This document shows positions 52,423 to 60,600 of a DNA stretch of 64,000 nt, piece after piece; positions within the stretch are counted from its first letter, which is position 1, and each line of letters starts with the position of its first letter. The notes beneath the pieces were generated by a model. It did no database searches. It was not told the origin of the DNA and saw only the letters and a list, made by a program, of their open reading frames with translations. The stretch is from contig JBBDYP010000080.1 in NCBI GenBank assembly GCA_040900615.1, forward strand, positions 20,090-84,089. The letters run 5' to 3'. This DNA is from Solirubrobacterales bacterium. GTDB lineage: Bacteria; Actinomycetota; Thermoleophilia; Solirubrobacterales; 70-9. The translations under genes were made by a program, and so were the position numbers.

Positions 52423-53919
52423 CTAGTAGGCGCCGTCGCCGCGGATGATCGCGCGCGGCGTACGCAACAGGATCGCCAGGTCGGTCAGCAGCGAGAGATT
52501 GTCGAGGTAGTCGCGCTCCATCGCCAGCCGCTCCTCGAAGGTGAGGTCGCTGCGGCCGTAGACCTGCATCGGCCCGGTCATCCCGGGCTTGACCGCAAGC
52601 CTTCCCCGCTGGCGCTCGTCGTAGAGAGCGACGACGCCCTCCTCCTCCGGCCGCGGCCCCACCAGCGACATGTCCCCGCGCAGGACGTTGATCAGCTGCG
52701 GCAGCTCGTCGACGCTGCTGCGCCGCAGGACCCGGCCGATCCTCGTCACCCGCGGGTCGTCGGGGATCTTGAAGGCCGGCTGCTCGAGCTTCGCCAGGTC
52801 GACCAGCTCCGCCAGCCGCTCCTCGGCGTCGGTGACCATGGTGCGGAACTTCAGCATCGTGAAGGTCTTGCCTTCCTCACCGGCGCGGCGCTGGCGGAAG
52901 AAGACGGGTCGGCCGGAGTCGAGCAGGATCGCGATCGCGATCGCGAGCAGGAGCGGCGAGAGCAGCGCCAGCAGGGTGGCGGAGACGACGACGTCCATGG
53001 CGCGCTTCATCGCGACCGTGGAGCGCGGCGGGTCGCTGAAACGGAAGTCGAGCACCGGCAGCTCGGCCAGCCGGTTCAGCTCGATCCCCGGGCCCAGCAG
53101 GCCGTAGTGCCGCGGCAGGAAGGTGAGCGCCAGGCCCTCCGCCTTGCACTCCTCGATCAGCCGCTCCGCCTCCTGCTCGCTCATCTCCTGTTCGGTCACG
53201 ACCACGCGCTCGATCACCTGCTCGTGGGCGACCCTGGAGATGTCGGCGATGGAGCCGAGGCGGGGAAGCTCGATCGACTTGTCGTCTCCGGGCGAGGAGA
53301 GGTACCCGACCAGCGCCAGGCGGGTCTCGGGATGGGTGGAGACGCGCCGCGCGACCATGTCGGCGGCCGCCGAGGGCCCAACCACGATGCCGATCGCCAG
53401 GCCGGTCAGGTGGTGCCAGAGGAAGCGCAGCACCCCGCGCAGTACGAAGCTCCCCCCGAGCGTCCCGATTCCGAGCGCGATCGCGCTCATCGGCGAGAGT
53501 GGGCCGACCGGACTCAGCGCCAGCAGGCCGTCGAGGACGAGGGTCCCGACGACGCTCGCCGAGACCAGCGAGGGCAACTCGTCCAGGGTGCTGTGACGGA
53601 TCCGGCGGTGGTCGTTGTCGTAGAGCCCGTGGAGCTTCACCACCAGGATCCAGGCGGGGCTGAACAGCACCGCCCAGAACAGCGTCGCGACGTCCGTGCT
53701 CGAGGTCGCCGCGGTGACGACGAAGAGCGAGCCCACCAGCGCCGTCCAGTCGCCGAGGGCGAGCAGACGGCGCAGCAGCGCTCCGCGCCGGCGTGAGCCG
53801 CTCGGCCCCGACAGCCCGAGGCGCCCAGCGTCCGGGCGCTCGCCCGGCGGCTCGGGCCTGGGCCGGGCTGTAGCTGTTTCCCGGGCTCTTTCCTTCTGGG
53901 CGTCAGACGCTCGGCTCAT
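52423..53919 (-). CDS. polyprenyl-phosphate hexose-1-phosphate transferase (WbaP/WcaJ-type initiating sugar transferase)
   Basis: N-terminal TM block, then KRAMDVVVSATLLALLSPLLL, FRQRRAG, KFRTM, PQLINVLRGDMSLVGPRP and KPGMTG motifs. Confidence 0.88.
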   Translation of the reverse strand: MSRASDAQKERARETATARPRPEPPGERPDAGRLGLSGPSGSRRRGALLRRLLALGDWTALVGSLFVVTAATSSTDVATLFWAVLFSPAWILVVKLHGLYDNDHRRIRHSTLDELPSLVSASVVGTLVLDGLLALSPVGPLSPMSAIALGIGTLGGSFVLRGVLRFLWHHLTGLAIGIVVGPSAAADMVARRVSTHPETRLALVGYLSSPGDDKSIELPRLGSIADISRVAHEQVIERVVVTEQEMSEQEAERLIEECKAEGLALTFLPRHYGLLGPGIELNRLAELPVLDFRFSDPPRSTVAMKRAMDVVVSATLLALLSPLLLAIAIAILLDSGRPVFFRQRRAGEEGKTFTMLKFRTMVTDAEERLAELVDLAKLEQPAFKIPDDPRVTRIGRVLRRSSVDELPQLINVLRGDMSLVGPRPEEEGVVALYDERQRGRLAVKPGMTGPMQVYGRSDLTFEERLAMERDYLDNLSLLTDLAILLRTPRAIIRGDGAY

Positions 53920-55823
53920 CCGCAGCCTTCAAACCCTTCCCGGAGGCATTCTTCTTCGGGGTTGAGCCGCTGCGCTTCGCGCAGGTCGGCTCGGGCAGCT
54001 CCGGATTCGCCGGCTTCGTTCTCGATCTTCGCGCGCAGGTAGTGGAGGACCCAGTTGCGGTCTTCGCGGTCGATCGCCTCGCTCATCCGTTCGTTGGCGG
54101 TCGCGTAGTCCTGCTGGAACTGGGCCAGGAGACCGAGCTGCACGTAAGGGGACGCGGCCCAGGGCTCGATCGACCGCGCCGTGTTCGCGTGTTCGACGGC
54201 GCTGGCGATGTTGCCGTCGGCAGCCGCCCCTTTGCTGGCGTCGATCTCGCGGTCGACCAGGAGCGGCCCGATCAGCGCCAGCGCGGCGATCCAGGCGACC
54301 GCCAGGCCGGCAACTGCGAGGCCGTACCGGCGCTCCTCGCCGTGTCCGTTGGAGCTGGCCCGCGCGCGAACCAGCTGGGCGCAGCGGGCGGCGACGAGGG
54401 CGCCGCTGGCGAGGAAGAAGACCGCGCCGACCGCCGCGATCTCCCAGAACCAGTCGATCGCGGCACCGACTGCGAAGGCGAGGCAGGCGGCGAGCAGTGC
54501 CGCGTAGAGCTCACGTTGCTCCCCGCTACCGGCTCGCCAGGCCCCTAACCCGGTCCACAAGAGGGTGAGGACGAGGGCCAGTACGAGCAGGCCGCCGACC
54601 AGCCCCAGCTCGGCGAAGGCCTCCAGGTAGAGCGAGTGGGCGTCCAGCACCGGCGTCGGGACATGCCGGAGCTGCTCCCAGGAGAATTTGTAGGTGCCGG
54701 CGCCGTGGCCGATCAGCGGCTCTTCGCCGAAGGCGTCGATCGCGACGCGGAAGAATTCGTCGCGTCCAGCCCCGGAGAGATCGCCGAAGTGCTGCTCGGG
54801 CCGGCTCGGGAATTGCAGGTCGGGGCTGGTGAACTGGTCCCAGGCACGGCCACCGACGGCGATCGCGGCGCCAATCGCGACCAGCGCCGCGACCAGCGCG
54901 ATCCGTTTCAGCACGACGCGGTTGCGCGACAGCTCCACCGCCCGCCCAGTCAAGCCGCCACCGCGGCGCTCGAGCCGGCGCAGCCCGGCGAACAGCAACA
55001 GGGCCAGCACCGTCCCGGCGACCAGGATCAACAGCACCGTCACGCCCTGGTCGACCGCGGCCTGGTTGTCGATGTTGTCGGCGAGGCTGCGCCTTGCCTG
55101 CACGGCGATCACCGCCGGCAGCGCGCCGATCGCGCCGATCGCCAACGTTCCCAGCAGCCAGAGACGGTCGTGGGAGAGCGCCAGCAGGCAGCCGCAGGCG
55201 ACGAGCAGAGCCAGCAGCCCGCCCCGCGAGTAGGTGAGGTAGAGCGCCAGCAGGGTCGTCGGCAGCGACGCGACCGCGAGCCACCGCAGCGTCTTGTTCA
55301 GCGAATGCCGGCTCATCCAGAGGGTGAGGGCCGTGGAAATGCCGAAGGCGATGCCGTTGGCGTTCCAGTACCCGAGCGGGTAGCGCAACCTCGGACCGCT
55401 GCCGAGGCCCTCTCCGACGCTGACGACGTGCGGCAGCAGGCGGGCCGCGAGGGCGGCGACCGCGATGCCGATCAGGGCAATTGCGATCCCCTCAGCGAAA
55501 CGTTGGCGCGTTTGGTCGGTTTGGGCGATCAGGAATGCGACAAGGAAGAGCCCGAGGTAGACCAGGACACGGTCAGCTTCCACGACGCTGAGCTCAGTCG
55601 ACCCCGACCAGAGAGATGAGGATGCGGAAACAAGCGCCAATGCCCCGATCAGCCCACTCGCCCAGTAAAACGGCCGCGCGAGCCTCGCTCGCCCAGCGGC
55701 GCCGAGGGCCAGCATGCCCGCCACGATCAACCATACGGCCAGGCCGGCGACGTGGCGCTCGCCCAGCACGAAGCCCCCACCAGCCAGGGCCAGCCCGAGG
55801 ACCAAGACGAGCGGACTTATCAA
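53916..55823 (-). CDS. O-antigen ligase/polymerase-like (Wzy_C) membrane protein with C-terminal TPR domain
   Basis: LTYSRGG and GHGAGTY..DAHSLYLE..ELGLVGG motifs, with TPR-like C-terminal repeats. The TTG at 55823 is preceded by AAGGAA and is preferred. The ORF is open to 56003 but would overlap the divergent gene. Confidence 0.7.
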   Translation of the reverse strand: MISPLVLVLGLALAGGGFVLGERHVAGLAVWLIVAGMLALGAAGRARLARPFYWASGLIGALALVSASSSLWSGSTELSVVEADRVLVYLGLFLVAFLIAQTDQTRQRFAEGIAIALIGIAVAALAARLLPHVVSVGEGLGSGPRLRYPLGYWNANGIAFGISTALTLWMSRHSLNKTLRWLAVASLPTTLLALYLTYSRGGLLALLVACGCLLALSHDRLWLLGTLAIGAIGALPAVIAVQARRSLADNIDNQAAVDQGVTVLLILVAGTVLALLLFAGLRRLERRGGGLTGRAVELSRNRVVLKRIALVAALVAIGAAIAVGGRAWDQFTSPDLQFPSRPEQHFGDLSGAGRDEFFRVAIDAFGEEPLIGHGAGTYKFSWEQLRHVPTPVLDAHSLYLEAFAELGLVGGLLVLALVLTLLWTGLGAWRAGSGEQRELYAALLAACLAFAVGAAIDWFWEIAAVGAVFFLASGALVAARCAQLVRARASSNGHGEERRYGLAVAGLAVAWIAALALIGPLLVDREIDASKGAAADGNIASAVEHANTARSIEPWAASPYVQLGLLAQFQQDYATANERMSEAIDREDRNWVLHYLRAKIENEAGESGAARADLREAQRLNPEEECLREGFEGCG

Positions 55824-55852
55824 CGCCGCTGATTCCTTTAACCTTGCCCGCC

Positions 55853-56401
55853 ATGCTTCGGACCCGCCATTCCCGCGCCCGTAGTTCGGCCCGACCCGTT
55901 TCCTCGCTTCTGTCAGTGCTTGTTCTGCTGGCAATGGCTTGCTTTCCGGTTCTGGCTCATGCCGAAGATTCGAGCGGCATCCAGTACGAACCTGAAGTAC
56001 CAACCGTCACGGGGCACCAAGGTTCCAACATTCCCCCTGCCAAGTCCTCGAACTCGGGCGGTGGCATGTCTCCGACCGAATCGGGAGCTTCCCACTCTGG
56101 TTCGTCAGGCGGAGCATCGGCAAGGGGCGACCATCCAAGCACGGGTGCCGGTGGTAGTACGGGCCAGGGTAGCCAAGCCAACGTCTCCAGCGGCGGCCAG
56201 AACCCGAATGGCTCGCAGCGTTCAGGCGACCTGGCGGCCAATTCGCAGCCGGGCGGCGTTACCGGCGACAGCTCTTCCTCCTCACCCCTGGTCCCGATCC
56301 TGATCGCCATCGCTGCTCTCGCCGCGGTCTCGATCGGGGCGGTCGTTTACCGACAGCGGCGCCAGCGCCCGGGCTCCAGCGTCTCGCCCAAGGCGAGCTG
56401 A
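55853..56401 (+). CDS. Ser/Gly-rich secreted protein with C-terminal membrane anchor
   Basis: Signal peptide LLSVLVLLAMACFPVLAHA-ED, a low-complexity S/G/N/Q region, and a C-terminal TM segment PILIAIAALAAVSIGAVVY followed by RQRRQR. GC is locally lower. Confidence 0.5.
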   Translation: MLRTRHSRARSSARPVSSLLSVLVLLAMACFPVLAHAEDSSGIQYEPEVPTVTGHQGSNIPPAKSSNSGGGMSPTESGASHSGSSGGASARGDHPSTGAGGSTGQGSQANVSSGGQNPNGSQRSGDLAANSQPGGVTGDSSSSSPLVPILIAIAALAAVSIGAVVYRQRRQRPGSSVSPKAS

Positions 56402-56404
56402 GCC

Positions 56405-57556
56405 GTGTCGAAAGCGAGCGAGCGCATGGGCAGGAGAATGCGTGCCTGGATGGCGGTGGTGGCCACGGCGGTTCTCGCCGGATCCTTCGCGTCCGCGGCG
56501 CAGGCCCTGCCGTCCGGCTTCTGGGGCGTGGCTCCCCAGGGCCTTCTCAGCCAAGAACAGTTCCAACGGCTCAGCCGTGGTGGGGTCGAAAGCCTGCGGA
56601 TCCCGTTCGGTTGGGCGGGCGTGCAGCCGAGCAAGGGCGGCGCCTTCGGCTGGGCCACCATCGACGGCCAGGTGGGAGCGGCCTCCCAGGCGGGCATCCA
56701 GGTTCTCCCCTTCCTCGCGGGCGCTCCCGAGTGGGCGGTGCCGTCCGTGTTCGTCCCAGGTTCGGGCCGCAGCGTCAAAGCGCCGGGGCACCTGCCCGTG
56801 ACCGGAGCCGCTCGCAGCGGCTGGACCAACTTCGTCAAGGCGGCTGTCGCCCGCTACGGGCCCAACGGCACTTTCTGGGCGGAGAACCCGACGCTCCCCA
56901 ACCGGCCGATCCGCACTTGGCAGATCTGGAACGAGCAGAACTTCAAGTACTTCGTGGCCAAGCCCAATCCGGGCGAATACAGCCGACTCGTGAAGTTCTC
57001 CCACGCGGCGGTCAGGGGCGTTGACCCCGGCGCCAAGGTCATCCTCGGCGGCATGTTCGCGCGACCGAAGGGCGCGAGGAACACGAAGTCGGGCAAGCAC
57101 AAGAGCCTCAACTACTACGCGGCCGACTTTCTGGAAGAGATGTACCGGGGGACCCCGGGAATCCGGTCGAGCTACGACGGCGTCGCCTTGCACCCCTACA
57201 CCTACAACTTCCAGGAACTCGCTCCGGAGATCGAGGAACTGAGATCCCTGATGAAGCAGAACCAGGACGGCGCCACCGGCCTCTGGATCACCGAGGTGGG
57301 CTGGAGCTCAGAACACCCGACCCACAGCGATCTCTTCGCCAAGGGGATGGCCGGACAGGCGCAACAGCTGAAGGGCGCCTTCTCCGAATTCAAGGCCAGG
57401 CAGTCGAAATGGCGCCTGAAGCAGATCATCTGGTTCTCGGTCGACGACCAGGACGGCGCCTGCAACTTCTGTGGTGGCTCCGGGCTCTTCGGCAAAGGCT
57501 TCGTCCCGAAGAAGGCCTGGTACGCCTACGTCAAGTTCGCCGGCGGGACGCCCTAG
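56405..57556 (+). CDS. secreted clan GH-A glycoside hydrolase-like protein, paralog 2
   Basis: IRTWQIWNEQNF, LWITEVGW and CNFCGGSGLF. It is clearly homologous along its length to 23662..24783. Confidence 0.65.
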   Translation: MSKASERMGRRMRAWMAVVATAVLAGSFASAAQALPSGFWGVAPQGLLSQEQFQRLSRGGVESLRIPFGWAGVQPSKGGAFGWATIDGQVGAASQAGIQVLPFLAGAPEWAVPSVFVPGSGRSVKAPGHLPVTGAARSGWTNFVKAAVARYGPNGTFWAENPTLPNRPIRTWQIWNEQNFKYFVAKPNPGEYSRLVKFSHAAVRGVDPGAKVILGGMFARPKGARNTKSGKHKSLNYYAADFLEEMYRGTPGIRSSYDGVALHPYTYNFQELAPEIEELRSLMKQNQDGATGLWITEVGWSSEHPTHSDLFAKGMAGQAQQLKGAFSEFKARQSKWRLKQIIWFSVDDQDGACNFCGGSGLFGKGFVPKKAWYAYVKFAGGTP

Positions 57557-57579
57557 AGACGCCTTCGACGAGGGTGTGC

Positions 57580-57606
57580 GTGAGGGGAGGCGATGGCCCT
57601 CCTCAC
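57580..57606 (+). terminator. GC-rich hairpin downstream of the GH gene
   Basis: gtgaggggagg-cgatgg-ccctcctcac gives about an 8-10 bp stem with one G-U pair or bulge and no U-tract. Confidence 0.35.
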
Positions 57607-57683
57607 TCGCAACTCGTCGATGGAGAGTCCTCCGGCTGACGCCATGAAGGCGCTCCCCTCCTCCCGCGCAAAACGTTCGGAGG

Positions 57684-60600
57684 GTGATCGGATCCCCTTC
57701 CCCACCCACCCCGCTGCGTAAGATCGGTGGGTTGGCGACCAACGCGAAATCGAGCACGAAGTCTGACCCGCTGGCCCCTTTCAGCGCGCCCGTCAGGCGC
57801 TGGTTCGAGGCATCCTTCGAGGGGCCGACGCCGGCGCAGGCGGGTGGCTGGGCGGCGATCTCCGGGGGCGCCAACGCTCTCATCTGCGCGCCGACCGGTT
57901 CCGGCAAGACGCTCGCCAGCTTCCTCTGGGGCATCGACAAGCTGGCCCGCTCAGCCGAGCTGGGCACTGGAGTGCGCCTCGTTTACGTGTCTCCCCTGAA
58001 GGCGCTCTCCTATGACATCGAGCGCAACCTGCGGGCGCCGTTGCGGGGGATCGGCGCAGACATCTCGGTCGGGCTGCGCACCGGCGACACCTCTCAGGCC
58101 GAACGCCGGGCGATGCGCAAAACCCCGCCCGACATCCTCATCACCACCCCGGAGTCGCTCTACCTGATGCTCTCCTCCGGCGTCCGCGAGATCCTCGCCA
58201 CGACCGAAGCGGTGATCGTCGACGAGATCCACGCGGTTGCGCAATCCAAGCGGGGGTCGCACCTGGCGTTGACGCTCGAGCGGTTGGATCACTTGGCGAA
58301 GACGTCCCGGCCCGCGGGTCCTGTCACGGGTGATGGGGGGGCGCTGCGGGCGGGGTCGTTCTCGACCCCCCCATCACCCGCGCCACCCGCGGGAGGGGCG
58401 GATTCGCCGGAGATCCAGCGGATCGGGCTGTCGGCGACGCAGCGCCCGCTGGAGCGGATTGCTCGGTTCCTCGTGGGGCCGAAGAGGGAGTGCAGGATCG
58501 TCGACGCCGGGCACAGGAAGGCGCTGGACCTGGAGATCGTGGTGCCGGTCGAGGACATGGCGGATCCGGGAGCGCCGGCCTATCCGAGCGAGGACGGCCT
58601 GCCGCCGACCGAAGTCGAGCCCTCCGCCCACATCCGCTCGATCTGGCCGGCGATCTATCCGAAGCTCCTCGAGCTCGTCCAGGAACACACCTCGACGATC
58701 ATCTTCGTCAACAACCGCCGCGCCTCCGAGCGCCTCGCCAAGCGCTTGAACGAGCTGGCCAACGGAGAAGGGGAGAGCGAGCTTCCAGCTACCGAGCACG
58801 CGGGACACGCTTCGGGAGGATCGGATGAGGGTCCGAGAACGAATACCTCGCCCGCAGGATCCTCATCCGATCCTTCGGATGGGCGTTTCGTCGAGATCGC
58901 ACGGGCTCATCACGGCTCGCTCTCTCACGAGGAGCGGACGCTGGTCGAGGAGATGCTCAAGTCGGGAGAGCTTCCTTGTCTCGTCGCCACCAGCTCGCTG
59001 GAGCTCGGCATCGACATGGGCGCCGTCGATCTGGTGATCCAGGTCGAGTCGCCGAAGTCGGTGACCCGCGGCCTGCAGCGGATCGGCCGCGCCGGGCACG
59101 GCCTCGGCGAGGTCTCCAAAGGCCGGATCTTCCCCAAATATCGCGGCGACCTGCTCGAGTGCGCGGTGGTCGCGCGGCGCATGCGCGAAGGGGAGATCGA
59201 GGAGACGGTGATCCCCCAGAACCCGCTCGACGTGCTCGCCCAGCACCTCGTCTCGATGGCCGCGCTGGACGAGTGGGAGGTCGACGAGGTGGAGCGCCTC
59301 GTCACCGCCACCGAGCCCTTCCACGACCTCTCCCGCGAGCAGCTGGAGAACGTCCTCGACATGCTCGACGGCCGCTACCCCTCCGACCGCTTCGCCGAGC
59401 TGCGGCCGCGGATCGTCTGGGACCGCATCGGCGGCACCATCCACGGCCGCAAAGGCTCGCGCCAGCTGGTCGTCACCAACGCCGGCACGATCCCCGACCG
59501 GGGCCTCTACGGCGTCCACCTGCCCGACGGCCGCCGGGTCGGCGAGCTCGACGAGGAGATGGTCTACGAGGCCCGGCCCGGCCAGACCTTCCTGCTCGGC
59601 GCCACCACCTGGCGGATCGAGGAAATCACCCGCGACCGGGTCATCGTCACCCCCGCACCCGGCGCACCCGGCGCCGTCCCCTTCTGGAAGGGCGACGGGA
59701 TCGGCCGCCCGGCCGAGCTGGGCCGGGCGATCGGCGCCTTCGCCCGCGAGGCGGTCTCGCGCGAGCCGGCCGAGCTGGCCGCCGAGTACGACCTCGACCC
59801 CCGCGCCGCCAACAACCTCGTCACCTACCTGCGCGAGCAGCAGGCCGCCACCCGCGTCGTCCCCTCCGACCAGACGATCGTCGTCGAGCGCTTCCGCGAC
59901 GAGATCGGAGACTGGCGCCTCTGCGTGCTCTCGCCCTTCGGCGGCCGCGTCCACTCCGCCTGGGGACTTGCCCTGGCGGCGAAGATCCGCGCCGAGCACG
60001 ACCTCGAGGCGGACGCGATCTGGTCCGACGACGGCATCGTCATCCACCTCCCCGACGCCGACGAGCCGCCGGCCGCCGAGATGGTCCTGATCGAGCCCGA
60101 CGAAATCGAGGACCTGATCGTCTCCGAGCTGTCCGGCTCGGCCCTGTTCGGCGCCCGCTTCCGCGAGAACGCCTCTCGCTCGCTGCTGATCCCCCGCGCC
60201 TACCCCGGCAAGCGCACGCCGCTCTGGCAGCAGCGCCTCAAGTCCCAGAGCCTGCTCGAGGTGGCGCGGGACTTCCCCCGCTTCCCGGTCATCCTCGAGA
60301 CCTACCGCGAGTGCCTCCAGGACGTCCTCGACCTGCCCTCGCTCGCCGACCTCCTGCGCAAGCTCCACGCCCGCCAGATCAGCCTGGTCGAGGTCGAGAC
60401 CCCGACCGCCTCGCCCTTCGCCTCCTCGCTGCTGTTCGACTACGTCGCCACCTACATGTACGAGGGGGACACGCCGAACGCCGAGCGGCGGGCGGCGGCG
60501 CTGGCGCTCGACCGCGACCTGCTGCGCGAGCTGCTGGGGCAGGAGGAGCTGCGCGAGCTGATCGACCCCGAGGCGCTGGAGGAGGTCGAGGAACAGCTCC

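Noticed and set aside
55616-55852. N-terminal 79-codon extension of the Ser/Gly-rich protein ORF, and the 55824-56003 extension of the ligase-like ORF
   Set aside because: The extension of the Ser/Gly-rich ORF is Arg/Pro-rich, and both extensions overlap the convincingly coding part of the opposite-strand gene. The internal starts (ATG 55853; TTG 55823 with AAGGAA) give sensible N-termini.
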